The position numbers and the translations under genes are program-made. From Trichodesmium erythraeum IMS101 (GTDB lineage: Bacteria > Cyanobacteriota > Cyanobacteriia > Cyanobacteriales > Microcoleaceae), in NCBI RefSeq assembly GCF_000014265.1, contig NC_008312.1, forward strand, positions 2,190,001 through 2,222,000: DNA of 32,000 bases. The letters run 5' to 3'. A model generated the notes under the pieces. That model was given only the letters and a program-made list of their open reading frames with translations, ran no database searches and had not been told where the DNA came from. This document shows, piece after piece, positions 8,110-17,729 of the stretch. Every line of letters begins with the position of its first letter. The first letter of the stretch is position 1.

Positions 8110-11106
8110 ATGAAAGTAGTTAAAATAACTACCCTCCATTATCAAGACGATCGCTCAGATAAAATTTATGAAGTCGAGCTATTTGAAGTTACCAAAAATC
8201 AGCATTATATGGTAAATTTTCACTACGGTCGTCGCGGTTCACGATTAAGAAATGGTATCAAAACAGATGGCTATGTTCCCTTGGTAGAAGCTGAAAAAGT
8301 TTTCCAGAAATTAGTACAAGAAAAAATTAAAGGTGGTTATCGTGACATTACTGGAGTTTCCCTAAATTCTCTCCCCAAAAAAACAGAAATTCCATCTCAA
8401 TATCACCTCCGCAAACAAGCAATTTTGCAACATTTAGCTAGAGAAAAAACTAGTCGTCCTCTGGAAAAAATTATTTGGCGAGCCGGAGAATTAAAAATAG
8501 CTGAAGCTACTCCCATGTTAATTAATTTTATCGGTACTGGTACAAATTTCAGAGATTATTGTATTGCTTGGTCTTTGGGTTGGTGTGGTGGAAAAGATGC
8601 CCTCGCAGCTTTAATTAAACTGTATGAAAATCCAGCAACTTCAGGGTTTGTTAGTCGGATAGTTTTTGAAGGAATTTTGAAATTGTCTGACCCTGAAGTT
8701 AGAGTAAAATTGCAGACAGAAATAATCAATTTTTTATCCCCAGAATTAAGAGATTTGGCTCGTCATGGAACGGCAGAAAAATTTGAGGAAGTATTTAACC
8801 AACTTCTGGGGGAAGGTAACAGTTTCTCTGACATAGAAAGGCTATATCAAATAGATAATAAATATGTGCGACCTGCACTTTTAAATTTTCTCCGCACCGC
8901 TCCATTTGAAGAAAACTTTTTTCAACCTATTCGTCATATTTTTAAAATAGCTGAATATCGTCGAGACCCAGATGTTTTTGCCATTCTTACTTATAGATTT
9001 GACAAAGAAAATACAACTGGCTGGAAAGTTTATACTGAAAAAACTCGTAATTATTTACGTAAACGAATTTGGCGAACTTTAGAGAAACTTGGCATAGATA
9101 ATGATATTGAATATATTAATTTGGCGGTAGGTGTTTTACTGCAATATTCTGATACTGATGCTATCTATTATTCTCAACTAGAAAATAAATTTGTTCATTT
9201 TTTAATCTTATCTCATATTCTTTACACAAATCATTCTCGTTATTATTTATCTTATGATCGACTAAATTGGTCCTTTGGTGGCTACTTTGGAAGAAGTAAT
9301 AAGGAGGTAAAACAACGGGGAGAAGCTTTTCCAGAATTATGGGAACAACAACCGGAAATATTGGTAAAATTATTATTGGAAAGTAACTGTCACGCCGTAC
9401 ATAATTTTGCTGTCAGAATATTGGAAAATTGCCACAGTTTTCATCCCAAATTTGATATTAAAACTCTCATAGAATTTATCAAAAAACCTTATGATGTTAC
9501 AGCTAGATTTGGATTTGAATTAGCTATAGAAAGATATAAAAAAATAGAACCAGATATTGACTTAGTTTTAGCATCAGCAAATAGTGTTTTACCTAAAGCA
9601 CATACAGCAGCTTATCGCTGGATAAATGCACAACCAAATAGATTTATGAATGCTAATTTTCTGGCGGGTTTAATCACTAGTCAAGAACCAGAAACTCGTG
9701 AATTTTCTGAAACATTACTCAGGTCACATAGTCTTACGGAGGGTACTGCTAAAGTATTAATTGGCAAGGTTATTGCTGAGTTATTAACTTTCAAAGAAGA
9801 AACCCCCTGGATAGAAGAAGTCGCCCTAGAAATTGCTAATATATTGTTGAGTTATTTCAGCGATCGCCTAAAACAATTAGGGATGGGAGTTATTATAGAT
9901 TTACTCCAACATCCACTAGTAGAAATTAAAGAATTAGGAGCAAATATTCTAGAAAAACATGAAACTCCTCCGGCTGAATTACCTACTAATTTAATTGAAT
10001 CATTGATTGAATCTCCCTATCCAAAAATTCGGGAAATTGGAATTAGAATATTTTGGCAGTTACCAGAGGAAGTTTTGATAAGTTCTCAAAGAGATTTAAT
10101 TATTGCTATGGCAGTTAGTTATGAGGAGGATATTCGGAGTTTAACTCAACCTATTATTCAGGATTTGACAAATAAATATTCAAATTTTGCCAATCACTTA
10201 GCCAGGGAATTTATTGATATTTTGGTAATACCAGAAAAGTCAGAAGGAGTTCACGATTATTTAGTGAATTTATTGAGGAATGATATTCCGGGATGGCAAG
10301 AGAATATTAGTTTAGAAAAAAATCTGCAGTTATTAAGAACTAAATCTGAACTCGCTCAAGAATTAGCAGGTTTAATATTAAAGGCAAATTATCGGCAATG
10401 GGCAGGAGATTTTAAAGCAATTGAAATTGTGAAGTTGGCAAATTATAAAGTTGTAGCAGTTAGACAAGCTGCATGGCAAATATTTTTGGAAAATATTCCT
10501 CATTTTCGGAGCAATTCTCAGGAGATGTTAGCTGCAGTTAAATTGTTAGAATCTGATTGGGAAGATTCTCGTAATTTTGCTTGGGAAATATTTCAATCTT
10601 ATTTTGATAAAATTGATTGGTCTCCGGAAATAATGGTGAGTATTTGTGATAGTTTACGAGATGATGTAAGAGAGTTTGGGCGTCAATTAGTGATTCGTTA
10701 TTTTGAGGATAGTTACGGTCAAGATTATTTGTTAAAGTTTAGCGAACATCCTTCAGGAGATATGCAGGTTTTTGCGACGAACTTTTTGTCAGATTATGCA
10801 GCAGATAATCTGGAAAGATTACGAGATTTACAACCTTATTTTATTAGTGTTTTGTGTCAGGTAAATAAGGGTCGGGTAGCAAAGCAGCGAGTATTTACTT
10901 TTTTAGAGCAGGAGGCAGAAAAAAGTGAGGCTGCGGCGCGAACTGTGGCTGAAATTTTAACTAGGCAATCTCTGACTATTGCTATTGGGGATAAGGCAAA
11001 GGCGATCGAAATTATGTTGAAAATTCATAATAGTTATCCAGAGGTTTCTTTGCCAATTTCTGTTAAGTCTGTTTCTGAGGTTCGGGGTTATAAAAGAAGT
11101 CAATAA
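8110..11106 (+). CDS. WGR-domain protein with a long HEAT/ARM-like helical-repeat body
   Basis: 998-aa ORF. The N-terminal ~80 aa fit the WGR fold pattern (LHYQDDRSDKIYEVELFEV..YMVNFHYGRRGSRLRNGIKTDGYVPLVEAEKVFQKLVQEKIKGGY). The rest is helical-repeat-like, for example a PBS-lyase HEAT-type segment AWSLGWCGGKDALAALIKLYENP. Confidence 0.75.
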   Translation: MKVVKITTLHYQDDRSDKIYEVELFEVTKNQHYMVNFHYGRRGSRLRNGIKTDGYVPLVEAEKVFQKLVQEKIKGGYRDITGVSLNSLPKKTEIPSQYHLRKQAILQHLAREKTSRPLEKIIWRAGELKIAEATPMLINFIGTGTNFRDYCIAWSLGWCGGKDALAALIKLYENPATSGFVSRIVFEGILKLSDPEVRVKLQTEIINFLSPELRDLARHGTAEKFEEVFNQLLGEGNSFSDIERLYQIDNKYVRPALLNFLRTAPFEENFFQPIRHIFKIAEYRRDPDVFAILTYRFDKENTTGWKVYTEKTRNYLRKRIWRTLEKLGIDNDIEYINLAVGVLLQYSDTDAIYYSQLENKFVHFLILSHILYTNHSRYYLSYDRLNWSFGGYFGRSNKEVKQRGEAFPELWEQQPEILVKLLLESNCHAVHNFAVRILENCHSFHPKFDIKTLIEFIKKPYDVTARFGFELAIERYKKIEPDIDLVLASANSVLPKAHTAAYRWINAQPNRFMNANFLAGLITSQEPETREFSETLLRSHSLTEGTAKVLIGKVIAELLTFKEETPWIEEVALEIANILLSYFSDRLKQLGMGVIIDLLQHPLVEIKELGANILEKHETPPAELPTNLIESLIESPYPKIREIGIRIFWQLPEEVLISSQRDLIIAMAVSYEEDIRSLTQPIIQDLTNKYSNFANHLAREFIDILVIPEKSEGVHDYLVNLLRNDIPGWQENISLEKNLQLLRTKSELAQELAGLILKANYRQWAGDFKAIEIVKLANYKVVAVRQAAWQIFLENIPHFRSNSQEMLAAVKLLESDWEDSRNFAWEIFQSYFDKIDWSPEIMVSICDSLRDDVREFGRQLVIRYFEDSYGQDYLLKFSEHPSGDMQVFATNFLSDYAADNLERLRDLQPYFISVLCQVNKGRVAKQRVFTFLEQEAEKSEAAARTVAEILTRQSLTIAIGDKAKAIEIMLKIHNSYPEVSLPISVKSVSEVRGYKRSQ

Positions 11107-11247
11107 GAGCTCAAAAGATGTTGAACCAGGACTTAGCGTTGGGAAGTAAAATTGACTTCGGAACTGAACTTGGAGAGATTCGAGTTGAAATTTCCTTTCA
11201 AATTTTTTGACACAGAAAACATTAAATAATATCAGGAGAAACAATTT

Positions 11248-11370
11248 ATGTGCGCACTTACTGGGAAGACATTAGCAACTGCTGTTTTAAAATCTGCTGC
11301 TGCATCAGGCAACGTTCCTATTGCTCCACCTCCCACAGTTGAAATATATTCTACAAGTGAGATTTGGTGA
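11248..11370 (+). CDS. Candidate 40-aa small protein
   Basis: AGGAGA lies 8 nt upstream of the ATG. Hand translation gives MCALTGKTLATAVLKSAAASGNVPIAPPPTVEIYSTSEIW*. It is below the ORF-track size cut-off. No homology is recognised. Confidence 0.25.
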   Translation: MCALTGKTLATAVLKSAAASGNVPIAPPPTVEIYSTSEIW

Positions 11371-12277
11371 AGTTTGTAGATTTTTAGCAGTTCTAGAACA
11401 GATCAATTATCAGTCCTTTAAGCAAATTAATCAAAAGCAGAAATCATCTATCTGCGCACTTCGAGTCGGAACATTATCTACTTGCACCCTGAATTTTATT
11501 TGGATTTGTTTATGACAAATCTGTTTCCATTTCAGTTATTAAGCAATTAACACAGAACGAAGAACCTTTTTAATAATTATGGGTGGATGATTAAATATCA
11601 AAGTATTGAAATATAAGTAAAGATTTTAGCTTTTTTGGAGCTTTGAAAAAGTTCCTGGTTTTGGGTCTAGTAAACTTCAAAAAAAATTAGTATTTTCTGC
11701 CATCCCATGGCAGTAGGGCATTTTTATTAAAGGCGATCGCAAAAAAAATCAAAGGGATCAATAAGAAGTGGTAAAATGAAAAAAGAGTGCTTAGTTTTTA
11801 CTGTAAAGATATTATAACTAACAATATATTTGATAACTTGAAAAAAGTAAATTATTTTCGTCAAAATATGGTAAAATACATCAAATTTTGGTAGTATCAA
11901 TCTTAAGTATTTTAACAATAAATAGTAGTTATAAACAGATTAATTGTTTAGTAACATTAATCGTTATAAAACTGATAAATAGCTTAAACCTACCATCAAA
12001 AAAGTAACCTTCATATAGTAAAACTAGGAGATTTATAATGGGAGCAAGAAAGTCAGAGATATTAATCAATTTTTCATGAAATAAACCTCAGTACCCACCT
12101 CCATCCCCAGTGTTGCTTTCAACTCAATAACAGAAAGAATATATTGGTTGGGTAATAATTGGGATCAAGTTTTAGCACTCTCTACTTAAATAGACAATAA
12201 AAATATATTTTTAATAAAAACTCAGGTGAGAAAAAAAATGAGAATAAAACCATAATCTCTTGTTTGAAAAGCCAGAA

Positions 12278-12303
12278 AACCGAGCTTTTAGTGAAACTCG
12301 GTT
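12278..12303 (-). terminator. Possible terminator hairpin downstream of the toxin-antitoxin operon
   Basis: AACCGAG (12278-12284) pairs with CTCGGTT (12297-12303) as a 7-bp stem with a 12-nt loop. On the minus strand it is followed by TTCTGGCTTTTC. It lies about 40-60 nt after the toxin stop. Confidence 0.3.
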
Positions 12304-12339
12304 CTGAACTGATATTAGATGAAGCGTAATCGCCATTAC

Positions 12340-12627
12340 CTACAAATTTAATAACCTTTTTCCATGAATAACTGCAGCCACTGTTACCAGATCACCTTTA
12401 ATCTTATAAAGGACTCGGTAACTGTAAGCATAATTTTGTCGATAACTGTCGTCACCAAACTCTTTGACTACCTCTCCCCCTAAAGGATTATTAATCAAAT
12501 TTCTAGTGACATTAATTACCCTGTGGACTACTGCCGCAGCATAGGAAACAGAGTCACGCGCTATATAGGAAGCGATCGCATCAACATCATCTATAGCTTT
12601 AGAAGACCAAACTACTTTATAACCCAT
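12340..12627 (-). CDS. Type II toxin, ParE/RelE family
   Basis: 95-aa ORF. The pattern W...A..D...I..YI......A......I......L...P..G is typical of ParE/RelE plasmid-stabilisation toxins, as is the tail YR.LYKI.GD.V.V.AVIHGKR. It overlaps the upstream small ORF by 16 nt. Confidence 0.8.
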   Translation of the reverse strand: MGYKVVWSSKAIDDVDAIASYIARDSVSYAAAVVHRVINVTRNLINNPLGGEVVKEFGDDSYRQNYAYSYRVLYKIKGDLVTVAAVIHGKRLLNL

Positions 12628-12809
12628 TTACTCAAAAGCCCTTCAGCTTCTTCTTGTGTAATTTTTCTTTCTTTATCAGCTACTTCTAAACCATGAAGAA
12701 CTTTTTCAATCACATATAAATGATATTGAACATCTTCAAGGGAGCAATTATCTGGCAATTTGCTTAATAGAGATTCTACTTTTTTCTTAGCGGTATTCAT
12801 AAAGTTCAT
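12612..12809 (-). CDS. Putative cognate antitoxin
   Basis: 65-aa acidic ORF immediately upstream of the ParE/RelE-like toxin and overlapping it. It carries an LPDNCSLEDVQYHLYVIEKV motif, as seen in small cyanobacterial addiction-module antitoxins. Confidence 0.6.
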   Translation of the reverse strand: MNFMNTAKKKVESLLSKLPDNCSLEDVQYHLYVIEKVLHGLEVADKERKITQEEAEGLLSKWVIK

Positions 12810-13646
12810 ATTATTAAGTCACTGTTCCTAGGTGTACATGATCCACTGGACAGCGACATTTAGTGTGTTCTATTATCTGGCTTTCCAGACATAAAAAAGC
12901 GAAAAACACACCTCCTCTCAGAGGAACCTTAAAGGTATTAATCGTTTTTAGTTGTAATTTTTTTATTTTGAAACCAGGAGGCCTCATATACTTCCTTTAA
13001 ATTAGATGCTTTCATGTTCCAGCGCCTTTCGCAAAAAAATAGTTCAGATTACCGCCCGCCTTGGCTCTAGATAATAAAATAGGAAATATAACTCATCAAA
13101 ACATACTCACATAAGATTCTATCTTTGTCTTGTCGGTTTGACCCAGACTAGGTGAACTATAACACCCTAATTTCCATAGCTCAAAGCATTTGGGACCATT
13201 TTTTTCATTATGTTTAAATAACCACTTATATCAGCATTAATTAATCTTCCACTTCCTGTACGATACAGTCCTCTTTTCAGTCTTTGGCCACTCCATCTTG
13301 ACTGATTTTCCTCAACCCATTACTGATTTAATGGCCAACAAACTAATCTGAGGTCAAAAGTTTCATATACTATCAAGAGCTTATCAAACAAAAGATCAAA
13401 TAAATAGACCTACTTTCAATTTTCAATTTGTCCAGAGGCGGATCAATGGTTATAAACATAGATTTTAAAACCTTAACTACTGAATCAGGTGAATAACCTC
13501 CTTTTAGATAGGGACTCAAAAATTAACTTCAGTATTTCAAATCAGAGTAATAATAACTGATAACTGAAATAACCTCATAAGGTTAGCTTCAAAGTATAAG
13601 GCAAAATTACCCTAGTTGAAGATTTAGATTTTCTGTATACATAGAC

Positions 13647-15473
13647 CTAGAAATTTTCATAATTGGCGATCGCCTTTGTCATCTTCTGAATTACCTCCAT
13701 CACAGGTATACTTCCCAATTCACCAGTACTACGAGTACGAATACTCAAACTATTAGACTCAACTTCCTTAGCACCCACAACAGCCATAATAGGAATTTTT
13801 GCCTTCTCAGCATTACGAATCAACTTACCCAAACGCTCATTACTCATATCCACTTCAGCACGAATACCTACTTGAAGCATCTGCTCCGCAACTTCTTGAG
13901 CAAAAGGCCAAAATTCAGAATTAACTGGTAAAAGTTTAACCTGGGTAGGAGCCAACCACACAGGAAAATCTCCTGCATACTCCTCAATTAAAATTCCAAT
14001 CAACCTTTCCAAGGAACCAAAAGGTGCCCGATGAATCATCACCGGACGTTTTCTTGTACCATCTTCTGCTACATATTCTAAATCAAATCGTTCCGGTAAA
14101 TTATAGTCTACCTGCACAGTCCCCAGCTGCCATTCTCGCTCCAAAGCATCCTGGAAAATAAAATCTAACTTTGGACCATAAAATGCAGCTTCACCAATAC
14201 CCTCAAAATGATCCATACCCATTTTTTCCACAGCTCGACGAATTGCACCTTCAGCTTTTTCCCAAGCTTCATCAGAACCAATATACTTATCTAAATTAGG
14301 GTCTCGGAAACTTAATCTAGCCTTAAAGTTCTGTAGTTGTAGACTTTTAAATACAAATAGAGTTAGGTCCACCACACTGAGAAACTCAGCATCAAGTTGT
14401 TCGGGTGTCACAAATAAATGAGAATCATCTTGAGTGAAACCCCGGACTCGGGTTAAACCACCTAATTCCCCAGATTTTTCATGGCGGTAAACAGTACCAA
14501 ACTCGGCAAGTCGTATTGGCAACTCTCGATAAGAACGTAGTTCATTTTTATAGATTTGGATATGAAAGGGACAGTTCATTGGTTTTAAAACAAAACCCTG
14601 TTCCAGAGCTTCTGCTTGTTCATCCTCAGCCATCATCGGGAACATATCCTCTTTGTACTTTTGCCAATGTCCGGAAGTTTTGAATAAATCTATTCTGGCA
14701 ATATGGGGAGTATCTACAGGTAAATAACCCCGTTTCAGTTGTTCTTGTTGAAGAAAGTCTTTCAGTGAATTTTTTAACATTGTACCTTTAGGAGTCCAAA
14801 GAGGCAACCCTGGTCCAACAAGATCGGAAAAAATAAATAGTCCTAATTCTTTACCTAGTTTACGATGGTTCCTTTTGAGAGCTTCTTCCTTACGTCTTTT
14901 ATACTCAGTCAGTTGTTCTGGAGTTTCCCAAGCAGTACCATAAATACGTTGCAATTGGGCTTTGGTTTCATCTCCACGCCAGTAAGCACCTGCCACAGTT
15001 TCTAACTCAATTGCCTTGGGATTAATTTGCTTTGTACTTTCAATATGAGGGCCTGCACATAAATCCCACCAGTCTTCACCAAGATGATAAATGGTAATTG
15101 GGTCTTCTAAATCTTCAAGAATTTCTAATTTATAAGGTTCTTTAATTTCTTCAATTCGACGTTTAGCCTCTTCCCGGCTGACTTCTTCTCTAATTACGGG
15201 TAGATTACGTTTAATGATTTTTACCATCTCTTTTTTGATGGCTTTTAGGTCAGCTTCTGTAAATGATTCTAGGGTATCAAAGTCGTAGTAGAAGCCATTT
15301 TCAATCCATGGACCGATTGTTACTTGGGCTTTGGGAAATAGCTTTTGTACCGCCATAGCCATGACATGAGATGTGGTATGACGAATTTTTTTGAGAGTTT
15401 GTGACTCGCTAGTGCGGGGTAAATGAATTTTTTCTGATTTTTCAGGGGAAGAACTAGATTCTGAACTGGACAT
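13647..15473 (-). CDS. thrS: Threonyl-tRNA synthetase
   Basis: 608-aa ORF with an HTTSHVMAMAV editing-domain motif. The class II core includes NHRKLGKELGLF, FVLKPMNCPFH, RVRGFTQDDSHLF, QLGTVQVDYNLPERFDLEYV and PVMIHRAPFGSLERLIGILIE. The anticodon-binding C-terminus is present. Confidence 0.95.
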   Translation of the reverse strand: MSSSESSSSPEKSEKIHLPRTSESQTLKKIRHTTSHVMAMAVQKLFPKAQVTIGPWIENGFYYDFDTLESFTEADLKAIKKEMVKIIKRNLPVIREEVSREEAKRRIEEIKEPYKLEILEDLEDPITIYHLGEDWWDLCAGPHIESTKQINPKAIELETVAGAYWRGDETKAQLQRIYGTAWETPEQLTEYKRRKEEALKRNHRKLGKELGLFIFSDLVGPGLPLWTPKGTMLKNSLKDFLQQEQLKRGYLPVDTPHIARIDLFKTSGHWQKYKEDMFPMMAEDEQAEALEQGFVLKPMNCPFHIQIYKNELRSYRELPIRLAEFGTVYRHEKSGELGGLTRVRGFTQDDSHLFVTPEQLDAEFLSVVDLTLFVFKSLQLQNFKARLSFRDPNLDKYIGSDEAWEKAEGAIRRAVEKMGMDHFEGIGEAAFYGPKLDFIFQDALEREWQLGTVQVDYNLPERFDLEYVAEDGTRKRPVMIHRAPFGSLERLIGILIEEYAGDFPVWLAPTQVKLLPVNSEFWPFAQEVAEQMLQVGIRAEVDMSNERLGKLIRNAEKAKIPIMAVVGAKEVESNSLSIRTRSTGELGSIPVMEVIQKMTKAIANYENF

Positions 15474-16085
15474 TAGTTATTTATTCTGAGGTTTTAATAT
15501 TGTATATTTTTACAGAGATGGACTTAGATTGAATTTTAGTTAGGTTATCACAATGTAGGAGTTTGAAGTTTTAAAAACTAATACATATATATTATAATAG
15601 AAGTTTTGATTACTATATCTAGAGCTTACTGAATAAATATAGAATCTTGATAATACATCAGTTTAAGTAGTGGTATCTTAATTTCAGAAAAGTACCAAAA
15701 ATATCAGTACTACGAATAGAAAATTTTTTACAAGAGGTAAAAGTTACTAACATACTGACTATAATTATTCCTCAAAAAAAAATTAGGTATTTTGGTTTCA
15801 TTTAAATTGGATTTAAAAAAAAATAGATGTGTAAGTACAACTAAATAACATAATATTTACAGCCTATTTTAGGATAGCAAACTCCATCTTAATATTCATC
15901 TATTTTACTTTTTTGCTGTTCCCTAATACCCCCAAATCGACAAAAAAATTAGCTTGAAAGCATCATATTTCCCAGGAATAAAAAAAGTTGCCATACATCC
16001 ATAAATATTGTAAGCATAATACTTCAGCTAAAGCGACTAATTAATGATAACTGAAATCAATTCCAAAACGACAAAAATTATGTCA

Positions 16086-17102
16086 TTAATTAGATGCTTG
16101 TCTAGCAATTTTTAACCAAGTATCATATTTTTCCTGATTATTTTTTACCCATTCTTGAGCATGACGCAAAATATCTTCTTCTTTGTCTTCACCCTCTTTA
16201 ATGCGTAAACTTTCCCTATTCATATCTGCTATTGGAATTTCTACTAATTCAAACCACTTTTTAGCTACTGGATTAGATTCTATAAACTTTTTATTAGCCA
16301 CAATGCTCTGTTTACTTCTTGGAAAACCAAGATTTTTTCCATCTACTGACGTATCTTTTTCACTTAGACTTGCCATATTATTTGGTAAAGATGTGAAAGG
16401 AACTGTTAACCAGACTACATCTTCCCCTGGTTTTAAAACTGCAGATATCCAGTGGGGATTATAGGCATAATAGAGAATAGATTCGCCTTTCTTATAACGA
16501 GTAATAGCATCTGCCAGAAGCACTGTATATTGTCCACTATTATGTTCTACTGTATCTTCCAGTTCATACTTTTCAAGTTGATGGTCTATATTTAACTCAC
16601 AAGCCCAACCAGGATTACAACCAACTAAATTTGCTTTGCCATTTTTATCTGAATCAAAAAGTTTGGCTATTTCTGGATCTTTTAATTGTTTAAGATTAGT
16701 AATATTATATTTATCTGCCGTTCTTTTGTCAATTTGATATCCTTGCTTTCCTGGGGGTGTTAAAAATCCAACTCCCTCTAATTTTTTTTCTCCACCAGCA
16801 TTTGTGAAGAATTTTTCATGCCCTGGTTGATAGTAAACTGTGCTGTATTCTAAGTCTCCATTGGCAATAGAAATATAAATTACTGGATAATCACTTTGTT
16901 TTGGTTTATTGACTTTGTAGCCTAATTGTTTTAGACCAATATTAACAATTTCAGTTTGAAATAATTCTTCTATCCAACCACTATTATAAGCACTACTAAT
17001 AATGACACTTGAGGGATTGGGTACTTGTTGACAGGAGGTAAAAATTATTAATAAGCTAGTTATAATTGTGCCTAAGATTATTTTTAGCGGTGTTTTTTTC
17101 AT
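16086..17102 (-). CDS. proX: Glycine-betaine/proline-betaine ABC transporter substrate-binding lipoprotein (ProX-like), copy 1
   Basis: 338-aa ORF with a signal peptide and lipobox-like IFTSC. It matches remembered E. coli ProX well (GYQIDKRTADKYNITNLKQLKDPEIAKLFD..NGKANLVGCNPGWACE..., KPGEDVVWLTVPF, IVANKKF...NP). Confidence 0.9.
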   Translation of the reverse strand: MKKTPLKIILGTIITSLLIIFTSCQQVPNPSSVIISSAYNSGWIEELFQTEIVNIGLKQLGYKVNKPKQSDYPVIYISIANGDLEYSTVYYQPGHEKFFTNAGGEKKLEGVGFLTPPGKQGYQIDKRTADKYNITNLKQLKDPEIAKLFDSDKNGKANLVGCNPGWACELNIDHQLEKYELEDTVEHNSGQYTVLLADAITRYKKGESILYYAYNPHWISAVLKPGEDVVWLTVPFTSLPNNMASLSEKDTSVDGKNLGFPRSKQSIVANKKFIESNPVAKKWFELVEIPIADMNRESLRIKEGEDKEEDILRHAQEWVKNNQEKYDTWLKIARQASN

Positions 17103-17729
17103 TTTGCTTAGATTAAATAAACTTCAAGATAACAATTTTATTTAGTAGTGAGAAATTTTGTTCCTGGTTATCAGAAAAGAAAGTCATTTCAGTTATCATT
17201 ATTGGCCCCTAAAGCCAGATGTTTGAAATACATAAGGCAAGTATTTTTTTCATCCCCTCAAAAGGACAGTCTTGAAACCTAATTTTTTTGTCATCAAAAA
17301 AAACTGCTATCTTAAGAAGATAATAAGTTCTATCTCCATATTATCAGGTTAAGCTCCGTACTTTGACAAAGCATAAATTAAAAATAACATAAAACCATTA
17401 TACAATAATTAATTATTTTACATTTTATCTACCTGTTTTCTGCTCTATCCTTTGTTTAAGCTATTTTTAGGAAAACCTGGATATTTCCTTAACTTCAAAA
17501 TATCAATGACTTCGTATTTTACCCCTTAAAAAAACAAATTCCTGATAGTTAAGATTCTCTTTATAAAATTATTATTAAGATATTATAAAAATAGTAAATA
17601 TCTTCAAGTGGAAAGACTTCAAGTGATTAAAATATCATTGCTTGACAAAGTATCATCTCATCCTCAATTTACAGTAAAAAATTATTATTTATCTTTTCTC
17701 CTAATCCCTTTTTTAGTTCACCAGGCAGC

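Noticed and set aside
11247-11470. GTGCG-like sequences (TGTGCGCAC at 11249, CTGCGCAC at 11453) as a group II intron 5' end
   Set aside because: I found no domain V-like GC-rich hairpin, no intron-encoded reverse transcriptase ORF and no interrupted host gene nearby.
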